From Girardia tigrina (lineage: Eukaryota): a DNA stretch of 64,000 nt. Of the stretch, positions 27,505-41,420 are shown piece by piece. The stretch spans positions 1 through 64,000 of the forward strand of contig MQRK01196706.1 of the NCBI GenBank assembly GCA_001938485.1, in the 5' to 3' direction. Numbering within the stretch: position 1 is the stretch's first letter; each line of letters starts with the position of its first letter. A model generated the notes under the pieces. That model was not told the origin of the DNA, ran no database searches, and worked only from the letters and a program-made list of their open reading frames with translations. The translations under genes and the position numbers were made by a program.

Positions 27505-28652
27505 TAACTATTTCGAATGGTATTTATCATCATATTTAGATCCATTTAAGACATTTCAATTGTTCAGGCATTTCAGGTCTTGTTTTGGTTGGTCTAATAA
27601 GTATATATAGTTTAATAACTTCCATTTCCTATGAAAGTCCATTTAAATTAAAAAACAATTATAGCCTACTGCTAAGTATATAGCTTTATATTTCCTTATG
27701 AGTAAATATTGTTTAAGTTTTTTAATTTGAATTTTCTTATGCCCCATATTTTTAATAGAATTTAACTTATAGTAATAATTTTTAAAATATTCGTAAGATT
27801 GAATTTTACAGGATAAAAATTTCATATATTGCTGCAAATTTATTTTCCTTGAGTAGATACCATGGAAGTATTGGAATCAATGGAAACCTGTGAACTCTGA
27901 ACTTGACATACATTTTATTCCCCCAAAGTTTAATAAGTATTCCGCGACAAAGGGACCATGTTATCATTGCCAGGCCCTCAACACAACATCAATTATGTCC
28001 TTCATTTCCATTCTGTCTGGATAATAATCTTCTGAACTGATTTGTTTTCCGCTACATGTAAGCCGCACATTCAGGTTTTATTATCTGGTTCATACAAGAG
28101 GATCATAACTCTTTCTTAACTACCTCTGAAACAATCGCCTTCAGTCTCTGACTAATGCGAGTCTTTGTAACGATATAACGGTATTATGAATCATAATGGT
28201 AAATATTTGCTATAAATCTCTGAATTTCAATGAATTGTCCATTTACTTTATTTTATTTGCTATAAATGGGTCATATTAATGTAATTCCTAATTCAGACCA
28301 TTTAGATCATAATTTATACCATTTATTATCATAATTCATACATATATATCTGTAACTATTGTGAGTAAAACAATTTTTGATACGATAATTAATGTTTTGT
28401 AAAATTAAAACTTGTGAATAATTCAAGAATTGATATGTTTTACAAAATGAAAAAAAGCAGTTTAATAGCAAAGCTTAGTTGTATTTTTTTAATAATATTT
28501 ATTTTATAATAATTTTTTTTAAATTAATTGTGTAACTTATTGTTATGTTTCAGTAAAATCAATAATAAAAATGAATAAAATTATTTCAAATAATAAAAAA
28601 AAATAAAATATATCTGGAATAAATTTTATTAGAATAAAAATATCAAAATACT

Positions 28653-29833
28653 TAGGCTGTCCAAAAAGTCCTCAGGTGGCCTTTAACAACACACTAATAT
28701 TTTACCAAATTTAACCAAATTTGGACTGAATATTATTCCGACTGTCAGAAATATTGTGTTAAAAATGGTTGACTGATTTAAAAAAAAGCGGACGTCCTTC
28801 GAAGATTCATCAAGAAGTGGCAGGCCGTCATTAATAGGCGATGACAAGATTAAAGCAGTCAAAGAAGTGATTGATGAAGCTCCAAATGTGTCTTTGTATT
28901 ATATTGAAAATGAACTTTCTTTAGGAAAAATACAGTCCACAAAATTTTNCGTGAAAAACTTCATTACAAAAAAGTTTGCTCTGTTTGGGTCCCTCACGAA
29001 CTTTCTGCTGCTAATAAACAACAACGCATTAACACTGCAAAGCATATACGCCATGTAATTTCACAGATGGGTGATGAAGCATATTCCAACATCGCGATCG
29101 AGGATGAGACATGGGTCTTTTTCCAAGATAGAAAAAAGAGAGAAGATCACAAAGTTTGGATTCCTTCTAATGCTGTTCCACCAAAAGTGATAAAGCCACC
29201 GCCAATGACTGATAAAAAAATCTCTTTTTTTCATAACGTTTACCTGCAACAAAAGTTACCTGGCGGAAACTTAGATATAACAGCATCAAGCTAAATGAAC
29301 TTAAGTCGTGGCATGATAATGCAAGACCTCATTCTAGCAAAGAAACAACTCTTTTTTGAAAGAAGAAAAATTGAAAAAATTTATCAATCGCCCTATAGTC
29401 CAGATTTTAATCTGTGTGACAGATTCTTGTTTTCAAAAATGAAGAAAAGTTTTAAAAATCATGTTTTCAAATCACATGAAAAAAATTGAAGAAGCTTGTA
29501 AATTCTTTTTTAATTCTTTATCAACAGAAACATTAAAAATGAACTAGATAAACTTTTTAACTATTGTCAGTTGGTTATTGACAACAATGGTGAATATGTT
29601 GTTGCTTAAGAAATTTTTAAAATATTTTTTTTAAATAAATTTTTAAATTCGCTGCATCTAATTTTTTTTGTTTGTTAATAATATTATATTTTTGGTAAGT
29701 TTCAAATTTTATGCTTTGAAATTTTAACACAGTATTTATGACAGTCTGAATAATATTCAGTCCAAATTTGGTTAAATTTGGTAAAATATTAGTGTGTTTT
29801 TAAAGGCCACCTGAGGACTTTTGGGACATCCTA
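28653..29833 (+). mobile_element. mariner-like element with about 110-bp TIRs and N-terminal deletion
   Basis: taggctgtccaaaaagtcctcaggtggcc...ggccacctgaggacttttgggacatccta. EDSSRSGRP, DETW, HDNARPH, SPYSPDFNLCD. Confidence 0.88.
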
Positions 29834-30826
29834 TATATATTGTATAAGAATTTTAGGATTGAGACAGATTTATTATGTTTCTTCTAAAAGTTATTTAATG
29901 TGTTATAGTTCCTGAAGAATTAACAGAACTTCCAATCATAAGGAAAATGAAAACTCTTCTTGAAAAAATATCTTCTTTCGAAATTGATCAAATTCTATTC
30001 TATGGATCAATGATCAAGGACCTCACTTGATCGACTCGATTGTGATTCGGGCTTCGAGATAATCGCGAATCTCTCTTGATTTTACATTACAATCTACATT
30101 TACCGTATTAAACAACATTCTCTTTAATTAAAAACATATTTGTGAATAATCACAAATAATCTTTTTACGAAAAGGATTAATTAATTAATTAGTCGTTTTA
30201 TTACTAAAAGTGGGATTAAGAATTATTTTAAAAACATTAAAAATTAGTATTTACAACATGTTCTATAAATCAATTTATAAGAAAAATTCAAATAAATATT
30301 ATATATTATTGTATATTATTGTTAAGTGAATTGTTTGATTGGTATAGGTAATCAAAAAATCATCCAATATGTAAATAATAATAAAGAAATATAAATGAAA
30401 TACTTATACAAAAATATATTGAACGTAACAAAATCACAAAAAGAGAATAAAAGAAAACAATTGTTAGGGATCACTGATAAAAGAAGGTAGATGGGAGAGA
30501 AAAGTTAATAAAAATATTACCTCTGGATTGGAAGTGTCAACAATTGTTTAGTATGTTTTTTAATATTGTTTACACATTTTGTAAGGGGACAATAAAAATA
30601 TCGACTTTTCTTATCATGTATCTTATTTATGTTGGGTTTTAGAATTACGATATAAAAGAATTGTTTCCGGAGTTTATTTGTTTTCTAAGTCTTTGAATCG
30701 CAAGTTGCTATTGTTGGAAAATTAATTATTAATTTTATTGATGATTTTTTTATTTCCATATTATTTTTAATTATATAGTTATTTCATATATATATATATA
30801 TATTATGTTTGACCACTTCAATAAAA

Positions 30827-31029
30827 CCGTTTTATTCGGGTAGATAACGAGCACCTATTGTATAACACGTAGCTCTTACTTTTTGGCATCAATTTTTATG
30901 AAAAGATAACGTGCATAGCAGGCATGATGGTATACCTAAGAGATATGCATCGTTATCACAGTTCATATTTTGACAAAATTTAACATTTTTGTATAGATAA
31001 TGGTGCGCGTTATCTACCGGAAAATATGG
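30827..31029. mobile_element. pogo-type MITE
   Basis: TIRs ccgttttattcgggtagataacgagcacc / ggtgcgcgttatctaccggaaaatatgg. Right part is shared with 60460-60525. Confidence 0.65.
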
Positions 31030-31055
31030 AAATTTCAAATTAATATACTTTAGAC

Positions 31056-31671
31056 CAGTGTTTCCAATCGTTGGGCGTACGCCCCACCGAAAGCAATTTG
31101 GTTTTTAAGATGGACATTTCAAAAGTTGACTCATCTTAAAATGAACATGCAAAATTTTAAGGTAATTTAAGCTGTTTTCTTTGACGCCACCGATACAATC
31201 TAAATAAATCTAATAGCCACCGATATCGTTATTACATTGACATAACAGCAGCTGTCACTGGTAGATTTAATAACATTATCATGACGACATCTGCCGCTTC
31301 GGACGAAGTCAAAGAAAGTACAGCTTTCTGATAATAATTCCAGAAAAATTTTTTAAGATGAAATAATATAAAAATTTAATATTCATAGAATTTCTTTATT
31401 TATAATTATTACAATTTTAAAAAATTAAAATTAAAATTTTTAGAAGAAACTCAATGTTATTTAATATATTTATTTAATCTCTAATAAATATTTTGAAAAT
31501 TTTCTGGTTTTTCTTAATAATTTTCTAGTTTAAATTCGGTAAACAATCAATTTCGCATTATCAAAATTATGTATAATTATATTAGTGAGAAAAAGAAGAG
31601 GAAATGGAGGGACAATAACAATTTTTAGTAGACTTGTGTAGGAAGTGGGACAAAAAGTTTAGGAAATACTG
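31056..31671. mobile_element. hAT (Buster-type) MITE
   Basis: cagtgtttcc...ggaaatactg termini. 8-bp TSD ctttagac/ctttagaa with central TA. Confidence 0.75.
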
Positions 31672-31772
31672 CTTTAGAAAGTATAAGTAAATTGTAATTT
31701 AATCTGATATAAATAAAAGAAAAAAATTGCATATTAGATTATTAGGTTTGTTTTCCTTTTACGTCGGAATCA

Positions 31773-32062
31773 TTAAACATTAAACTCACTCTTTGGTTTT
31801 TCAATTTCTTCTATGTCAGATTTTTTAATTTCAATTTCCATATCCGTGATTTGATTATTTTTCCTTGGAGGTCCAACGGTTGGTGGTCCTTTGCCTTTGG
31901 GTCTGACTGCCTCAACAGGAAGCACTCGTCTTCTTTGTTTCGGAAGTTTGGCTCGTGCTTGAGTGTGTGAGTAAAACATTGAAAAGTTGCTGACAATTAC
32001 AGGAATTGGTAAAGATATGGTCAATACACCAGTCACGGCACAAAGTGCTCCCACCAACATGC
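31773..32062 (-). CDS. Shaw: Shaw/Kv3 channel last coding exon (S6 and C-terminus)
   Basis: Follows a 45-bp GT-AG intron (32107-32063). G|GC restores Gly, then [48 protein letters not shown]. Stop TAA at 31775-31773. Confidence 0.93.
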
Positions 32063-32107
32063 CTTTTTGTATAAAAGATGTTAAACTTTAAAAATTAAGA
32101 AAAATAC

Positions 32108-32756
32108 CTGGAAGGCTTTTAGGAACAAAATCTCCATAACCAACAGTGGTCATAGTGATAAGTGCCCACCATAAGCCATCGATAATTGACATAAATTGCG
32201 TGTCTGTATTACCACCCAGTCTTTCGGCATAATAGATAAAAGCGGCAAAAACCACAATAAAAACAAATAAGAAAAACATAAGAAGAACAAGTTCATTCAT
32301 ACTGGCTTGGAATGTGAGTATTAGGATCTTTAAGCCTGATATGTGTCGTGTAAGCTTAAATATTCGAAACAATCTAACAATATTAAATGTTTCGAAATAA
32401 ATATTAAATCTAATCAAACTATTAAGGTAAAAGAGAATCAAAGAACAATAAAAACTAATTAACGCAACTATATCTACGCAATTGATTGGCGATTTTAAAA
32501 AGGCAATGATGCTCGGCGTAGCAAACAAACGGGCGATTAATTCAATAGTAAAATATGCATTACAAATAAATTCAATGTAAAAAAATGCAATATTTGGATC
32601 TGGTAGGAATCCATCTCTTGCAGAAATTGTCCAGTTTGTCCCATTGGAGGTTGTATTTACAAATACTATATTGGCAACTTTGAAAACTGGCACAGATTTT
32701 AAGCAAAATGCAATGAGAGAAAGGATAATGAAAAAAACTGAGAAATAACCGAGAAT
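32108..32756 (-). CDS. Shaw: Shaw/Kv3 channel exon (S1-S5 and pore)
   Basis: Acceptor TTTTAG|ATT. ILGYFSVFFIILSLIAFCLKS..., S4 IVRLFRIFKLTRHISGLKIL, pore WWALITMTTVGYGDFVPKS. Donor CCAG|GTATTT, phase 1. Confidence 0.96.
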
Positions 32757-33113
32757 CTAAAACAAAAGACTAATTAAATTTTATTTTAATTTCCATAAAA
32801 ATCTTTATTAAATATTTTATTATATTATATTTTAACCTATTAAACCAGATAAAAATATTAAATTTCAAAAATTAATTTACTTATAAAATTTAATAATTAT
32901 TATAAGTATTAAACAAATAAATAATAAAAGTACATGTTTAAAAACCACAGAGACCATGAAGATCGACTGAAATTTTCTCTCGACGAAGTTAAAACATTTT
33001 TTGCAGATTGGAGTTCTATTTTTATAATCAAAAGGACAAAACTGAGTTAAGGCGTTCGATGCTTAATCGATCGCTATTTTCAACAATTTGATCAATTCGG
33101 ACGTTGACATTTT

Positions 33114-33712
33114 TGTTGGGTATACAATTAAATCTAACTTTATTCTTTATTTATATTCAACTACTAAACTGACTCCAAATGAACAAAAGGTTTCTTCCAA
33201 CAATAATATATGGAGAATGAACAAGACCTTTTAATAATAATTTATTCTGCAAACAACAACTGAATTACAAATATAAATTCAACTCTAACAGTACACTACA
33301 ATTCAAAGATCAAACTTCGATTAAACAGTTACAATAACTTTTTAGTTCGAGCGATGCTAGAATGATTTATTTAAAACTTATCTTCTCCTTTACAGGATAC
33401 TGATACTTTCGTAATATTACAATTTATTTAAAAGCTTAATTTCTCTTTTACAGGTTACTAAAAACTTTTCTATTAATTTTTTTTAGTTTAAAAAAAAATA
33501 ATAATAAACAAATTTACCACGCATATAATTTGAAGTTAATTTTCTTTTGAGTGATCAAATGGGAACTGTAACTGAAATAACTATTGCTTATATACTAATT
33601 TTTCCTAACCTTGAAAATTGAATTACTAAAACAAATCTCAAAATATTTACAAATATTTTATAAATTTTATTAAAATACTATAATAATAATTAAAAAATTA
33701 TTAATTTTAACC
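33114..33712. repeat. Solo LTR-like repeat, family B, copy 1
   Basis: Begins TGTTGGGTA and is colinear with 42296-42830. No TSD seen. Confidence 0.6.
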
Positions 33713-36136
33713 AGCAAATTATTTTAAATTTTTTATTAGATTTAAAAATTTAATTTATATTTTTCGGAACCACAACATTTTGGATCCCACAATCGAATTA
33801 GTTTTTTTCGATAGACAAGATGACCAGGAAATCTAACAGGAAAATTATGGAAAATAGTGGAATACCAGTTAAAAATAAATAATCGATCAAACAATTTTTA
33901 ATAACTTCTGAAGAAACACCGTCCTACAACATCAAAATCAGATCTAATATATTCTAATAAAGACAGTTTTAATGCAGATTCTGGATTATTTTGATATTTG
34001 CTATAAAATTACTTTATAAAAATGTTTTACCTTCTTTTAAATAATAAAATAATTTCTGAACCTAAAGGTTGAATTAAAGATGTTCTATTTGATAGCAGTA
34101 ATAATAATTCAGTGTTAGTATGATCTAATTCTTTATGCAAGTCTAAAAAGCTTTTATCCACACCTTTCTGTAAAACAAGAATTAATCCATAGATTTTAAA
34201 GAATCTAGTTTTTCCATTGTTTCTAGTACCGTGGAGTTCATTTTTTTATAATATATTAACTTTGGTAAATATATTATTGTCTGGTTGTTTTCGGTGGTGT
34301 ATATCGGTTGTTTAATTTTTCATTGTCAACTTGTGTAGGCGCATTGTTTGTCGTCATAAATGTCAATTATTTATTTATTTTTGGTTGTGTCTATTGAGTC
34401 ATGTTTGCGTGATCATGATTGTGGATTGGATGTTGTGTTTTGAGGGAGACTTTTGGCTGAATACTTTTGAAGACAATTTAAAGGGAATTCTTGAACTCTG
34501 ATTCACATCTTACGACACTATGACACATTATAGTGATGGTCGAGTTTCCTATTTCGTCACACAAGAATTTAGGATAGTGGAAACAGGTAGAATAAATTTA
34601 TTGTCGCAACAAAGGGTCAAAGACCGATAAGGATGAGTACACTAAATCTCTGTCGATGGGATCAATTTTTATCAATCTACAAGTGCTGGTAAAACATCAG
34701 AAATATCAGTTAAAGTCATTAGATAAAATTGGATGTCTTTCTCTCGATGACTGCAATAAATGACAGGATAATGACAAGTGTATATTAAATAACATCATGG
34801 ATGTCGATTGTAAATTAAATGAATTATTAAGTAGAGATATCCAGGTTGGTCATACTTCATTCGACAATGAATTAAAAAATCTTGATATTCTTTTAAATCA
34901 AGAAAGAGAATTACTTGAAACCAAGATTAATTAAAATGAAACTGCTTAGAATTATTAAAAAAAACAGAAATACTTATTGTGAAGATATTAGTTTTATATT
35001 ATAAGTAACTTAAAAAAAGAAAAGTCCTCTTAAAATTATATATATTCTCGAAAATTAAAAATTATAAGATCTATGATCGCTAAGTGATCATAAAATCGAT
35101 AAATTTAATATTAAATAAAGTTATTAATTGCCAACTATTACACGATTATTTTTATGGAGTATTTTGTATTGCAAAAATTCGTTCGTTCAAAAGAATTGTT
35201 CAACAGATTTCAGAAGCATTTTGCTGCTGACTGTTTACTAGCAACACAAATCATCGTTGCTATCTCGTAATTAAATAATATTTAATTCAATACGTTTTGA
35301 CTGAAATTTTGTACGTTGTTGTGAAAAACATTGTAAGTTTAATTTAGTTTTATGCATTTTTACAATTACAATTAAATCTCACACCGTCATCACTTTTGCT
35401 TTTATTTAATTATAGTGATAATAAAATTACTATATTTTTCAATCCCAGAAGAATTACAACACAATCAATCTTTTGTTCTTTGTTTTTTTCTTCAAAAAAT
35501 TTCTTCTCATGTGAGACCTTTCTTTGGTTCCATTCTAATAAACAAAGATGTCTAGTCCAAATTAAATAAATTGTCTAATAAATACTCATGGATTTTCTAA
35601 GTCAGTCTAGGTAAATTCATATCAATAACTTTAGAATCAACTGATTCTGATTCTTCATTCAAAATTCTTAATTTATTATTCTGCCTTTTTTAAATGCATT
35701 CAACAACAAATTTGATAATATCTATTGTTTCTTTGAAATATTCAATTTCAGCATTGATATTTCTACTTTCTCATTCATAAAAGTATAGACAATAGACAAT
35801 TTTTATTCATTGTTTTTAAATGTTTTTTCTAGTACTTGAAAGCTGATATCTCTTATTCTTTTTATTCGAAACAACAAGTTGTAAAAATGCATTTCAATCT
35901 TTTATTATCATTGATTGAGTTATTCTAATCATAGTTAAATTAAACTCTTTAAACACATATTTTACCTTTTTCCTGTTTTAGCCTTGATGTTCTACAAAAT
36001 CAATTAACGCTAGTTTCTCCTCATTTAATGACTCATAATCATTTTATGATTCATCCTATGTTATCTAATAACTGCAAAAGAAATGTACTCAAATGATTTA
36101 TAAATTCATATTTACTAAAATTTCTAATTTAATGAT

Positions 36137-36620
36137 TGCGAGGAATATTTTAAATTCTATGAATGCGTGTATGTATTGATGATGTATGTTGAATTTAGAA
36201 TGGTGATTCTCCCTCCCAGATGGAAATTTGTATTTTTTGTAAATTTTAAGTGATTACTATTCAGGCATAATTGAAATAATAATTTGATAAGTTTATATTT
36301 TTAAAATTAACAATTAAAATTAACTTTAATATTTTTTTAAGAAGAGAACAACATTTAAATAAATATAGATAAAATTAATAAAATTTAAATTAAATTTATC
36401 TTTAACAATTTGATAACATTTTTATTATTTTGAGTTTTTATTAAGAAATGGTTAAAATGATTATTTTTAATTAATATTTTTAGAAATTAAATATTTTACA
36501 AAGATTTACAATATTTTTTCGAATAATCATTATTAAAAATAGAAATAAAAAACGAATTAGAACGATATCTAACGGGAAAGACCTTCTGAGAGTTTTAATG
36601 ACTCTAAATGTGATATTAAT
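36137..36620 (+). mobile_element. Solo LTR family A1, 3'-truncated
   Basis: TGCGAGGAATATTTT...ggtgattctccctcccagatgga, homologous to 12031. Confidence 0.7.
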
Positions 36621-37273
36621 TATAGTAAATTTCAATCCGAAATAATAGAATATTATCAGAGGCCAAAAAGGTTGCTTGGCAAAAATAAATATTATAAATA
36701 ACTATAAAATTAGAATAACAGGTTTTGACTCTATCAATGAAATATATTATGGATTAATAACAAAGGTAACACAAAAAAAGTTCAATCAATACAAATAAAC
36801 TTATCCGATTTTTTATCGTAGAAAACGAAACCAACACTTTTACCAATATGGAATTGCAATTCACTTAACCAGAACTCAAAAGTACTTTGTAAAATGTCTA
36901 AATTAATAACCCAAATATGAATATGAGACGAAATGAGAAGCTAATGATTAGATAATCGAATAGACGGAAAATTCGAAATAATTGAAAATGTTTTGAAATT
37001 TGTAAAAGGATAGCCTGTAAATTGTGATTGTGGTATATAGATTTTTAAATTGTCTGGCGTATCTTGCTTTCTTCTCTCATTTTCGAGTATTTTCATTAAA
37101 ACAATAATAATTGTTTAGAACGAAATCCGGCATAATTGACGTTGATTAGAAATTTCCGGGGATTAGAATGATAGCAAAAAAATAATAGTTTTATATGTAG
37201 GATCATACGAAAAAAATTTTCTTTTACTTTTCAAAAATATAAAATGAACAAAAATATACTGATATTTATTAAG

Positions 37274-37733
37274 TTTGAGGAATATTTTTGAATGGTGATT
37301 ATTGTGTGTTGTTTGGTATGTTGTTTTAGGATTGTGTTTCTTCCATCCAGATGGAAGATTGATATTTTAAATATTTTAAAACGTCGAGTTGTTTAATCAA
37401 TTATTAAAAGTTAAATAATCACTTTAAAATTAAACTAATATTTCATAAATAATATTTTAATAATAATTTCTTAAAATAAATAAAAATTATTTTAAATTTC
37501 AATTATAAATAANTTTTGTAATAATTAAATTATAATTTATAGTATAAATTATTTTTGTAATGATTAAATTGTATTTTAAATTTGTTTGAATAATAAGACG
37601 TTAAAGAATATTATTAAAAAATATCAATCAAGAACGATGACGAGCTACGCAAGTTTGACGGAGAATTGTTCTAGTGGCAATTCAAATTGTGATAATAATA
37701 AATGTAAAGGAAACTCAATTAATGTTCTTAATA
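37274..37733 (+). mobile_element. Solo LTR family A, diverged
   Basis: tttgaggaatatt...ccagatgga...aatgttcttaata. TSD not preserved. Confidence 0.6.
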
Positions 37734-38950
37734 AATAGTAAATTAATAAATCAAAATGATATCGATTTAAATTATGAATCGATAAAAAATAAAAAGTAAG
37801 TCAAAAAATATTTAATTTAATAAATTAAAAAAATATTTTTGTTTAAATAATATTTAATTTTAATAGCAAACTTTTAAATTTAACTTAAATTTTTATTTAT
37901 TTCAGCTGAATTTTAAGGTATCAAAGTAATTATTTTTTTATATTATTTTTTATAATTCTCAAAATTCAATTAAACATAACAACATAACCACAATAATACA
38001 AAAACAAATAAAACAGCATCGTTTTGTAAATCACAAAAGCGAACCAAAAAAATAAATTAATTGAACCACAATAAAAAAATAACTGTTAGTAGACATGATC
38101 ACAAGAAAATCTGAAGAAAGAAAACTTAATGAATGGTCTTCCTAGGAGATATAGGTACAAAAAACAACTAAATATTTGTAGGATAAATACTCTAATATGG
38201 TTATTTTGAAATAAATAAATATATTATTGGATATAAAACAACGATTACTACAGTAATAAAAATTCATATGAAAATTGTCTTAATGTTCTTAACAATGCTT
38301 CTAAGTTTTAAAAAAAATTGTTAAATTAAAACATATGAAATTATTGAGATTTTATACTACAAAGATAATAATTTTTTTGTTCTAGATTTTTTGTGAAATC
38401 ACACATCTTGTAAAATTAGGCAGTTTCTATTAAATATTATTTTATTAACATATAATAAATAACATCAACAACTTATGGTAATAAAAGAAGTAGAAAATAT
38501 TTATCATACAATAAAAGAAAAGGGAATAAAATTTAAAGAAACAGTTTTTCTTTCATCTCATAAAAATTAATAATAAACATAAAACTTCTCTAGTTAAAAT
38601 ATTTTATTTTTCGTCTAGTTTTTTTTGATTTGGGTTCTATGTATACAAAAATTAAGTGGAATAAGTTTTCTTTGTCATAAAAATGCATTATATAAAAATG
38701 CATTATAAAATTTTTATATACAAAATATAATTATCTTGTAAGTAATAATGTCTTGAAAATTCTAATATAAAAATAAGTATTAAAATAAAATTATTTATAC
38801 TGTGAACTTTCTGATGAAGTTGGAGTAAAAACAAATGAAGTTCGTGTTATTTTCCGTGTAACTGACAAAATAAACTACGGCATAATTCTTTGTTTTATGG
38901 TAATAAATTATTTTATATTTCCCACACAAATTAGACTAAACAGACTATCT

Positions 38951-39000
<50 letters not shown>

Positions 39001-39685
39001 CTTAAGGTTTTTGTTCAACCTTTTTTTCTGAACAAAATACAAAAACTTGTTAAAATTATTTTTGAATCATATTTTAATTTGATAATTATTTATTCTCTGA
39101 CAAATTTATAATTTAATATGACTATATTCCCGTGAATTCCTATCCTTCTTCAATATATTTGTGTTATGATGATTTATGATTGAAATGAAAGTCTTGTCTG
39201 ATAGAAAATAATATTTATTTAACCAATTAAGCAAATGTGTAAATTGAGAAATATAAAAAAACATCATTCGTCTGTAAATCTAAGCCACACTCTTTTACCA
39301 GCGTTATGGAAATTACTTTTTGTCTTTATCATAGAATTTTGCAAGTTTTAAAGGGAACGTTTTTTCCAAATCACATTTCACCTCTGTTGGATTCGAGATT
39401 GTGTTTTAATGAAAATTCAGAAAAAAACATTTTTAACACTTTTATTTTCTAACAACAATAAACATATTATTGAAATTTTTTTGCCTCAGTAAATTTCTGA
39501 GGAACGATCATTATTTTTTCTTGCACAAACCAATAATATCAAAATAATTTGTAAATATAAGTTTATGTAAACTTAATATTTTCGTAATTTTAATATTGTA
39601 TTACTTTTATAAAACTGCTTTTAAATTTAAAACTATTTAAATTATAAAATAAATTTTTTTATACATTAATTTAGTACTTAGTTTT

Positions 39686-39735
<50 letters not shown>

Positions 39736-40129
39736 GTATTTTCTTTTGAAAACACATTTTATTGAACGTCGTTAAAATTTAATATTTTTTATGATATTTA
39801 GGTTGTTTTCATATTGTATTTACATTTTAAAATGTATTAAATTCTGTTTAACTATTTTTAAGATCTTATATTTAATTCGTTTTTAAATCTATTTTATTTA
39901 CATATTTTATTAATTTAAATTTAATTTGTTTTTTAAATTTATTTAATTACAAGTTTCATTACTTTAAATTTTATCTAAAAAATTTTAAATATTATTAATA
40001 TTGTAACTTTATACCATGTTTTATCATCTTCAGGTATTTTACAAAAAAATTCAATTTTATACTTTTATAATTTAAAATTAATTTTAAATGTTTTTTATCT
40101 TTAATTCAAAAATTTTAAAGTCTTCCAAA

Positions 40130-41420
40130 ATCCTCACAACCTCTTCAGAGGAGTGATGTGTTTTCACACTAAAAGAGTCTTTCATAGAAGAAAGCATTTA
40201 ATAGACTAAAGAAGTGAGGTCTAGGAAGTATAGTGGATGTGGTATTTATTAACAGCATCACAATTTGAATGCAAACATTTATTGACAACACAAACAGTTT
40301 CTTCACAACAATTCTCATTGGTCATCATTCTTTGATTGATATAGTTTTTTTGCTAATATATTCAAGTCTTAAAAAACAATGAATGGGAAAGTTTAATAAT
40401 AAATTTTAATTTCTCATAATTTTTATTGGATAAAAGTCATTACATAATTTTTTAAATAAAAATTAATTTTTAAAATTTATTACATTTAATAAGTTAAAAT
40501 CATTTACTGAAAATATTATTAAAATTCATAATTATCAAACTTTAATTAATTAGTACTTAAAATTAATATCATTAAATTAATTTCAAATAATCAATCAATA
40601 AACATATCAATCCCATCTGAGTAGGAGAGTCACAAATCTAAACAGTATACAAACAACAAACTTACAACATTCCAAATTATCCCTCACAGTATTGATGTAA
40701 AACCGCTTTCAATGAGTTTGTTTTGAGTTAAACGTGTGATATTCCGTTGTACGTTATCAAGAAGAAAATGGAACGTTTCAAAACTGTTTCTACTCAACAT
40801 ACATCTCTTTTTTGATTCTCATCTGTGAGATTTTCCAACTAAGGGCAGTATGCAGGAGAAATCCTTTCAGATGCACAAATTCTTTTGTGCTGTCAAACAT
40901 TGACAAATTGATGTTGTTGGATGATCACAAGCACTTTACAAAGACTGGTTGTGATCAAATCGATCGTCATTGTTTCAATATATCTGCACTTTATCCTCCG
41001 TTCTTAGTTGGGATAGAAAGTCGTTCTATCACTTTAGGACAAACAATTCGCTACATATTTTTCCATGTCGGCTTTATTTTCATCTGACGAAAAATGTGAC
41101 AAGTATTATGTTTCCCTTTGGGGCAAGTGTCGAAGTACTTTTGTGTGATACAGCGAAGGATCTTCTGCCCTACTTCGAGATGCAGCATACTTTTCGTATG
41201 TCAGAAATTCTTTGATTTGATCTTCGACATCATATTTATACAATGGTTGCCCACTCTCTCTTCTTCACCAACAGCGAAATTACCAACAATGAATTTTGTA
41301 ATTATGCAATGTCAGTTTATTTAAGACGCAGTACCGGTGCCAAGCAATTACTACAGTATTCATTCTATCGTTCCACAACAAAGACGTCAGCCTTTTAAAG
41401 TCGATTTGCTCAAACTATAT
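40130..41420 (-). mobile_element. Decayed mariner interrupted by a solo LTR
   Basis: GFTSIPHPLYFLDLT (resembles HPPYSPDL) is restored when the LTR is removed. FHFLLDNVQR resembles LHDNARP. Confidence 0.7.
40247..40688 (-). mobile_element. Solo LTR, family A2
   Basis: Perfect TSD GTATT (40242-46 and 40689-93). Reverse complement reads TGTGAGGG...TGTTAATA. Confidence 0.85.

Noticed and set aside
27850-28175. Possible Gypsy RT N-terminal relic on the minus strand (VVKKEL...IIKP...RKTN)
   Set aside because: Too degenerate to support by eye.
33770-34230. Possible additional PLE RT relic (IYGL, DFDVV, IVGS on the minus strand)
   Set aside because: Motifs are short and too weak to call.
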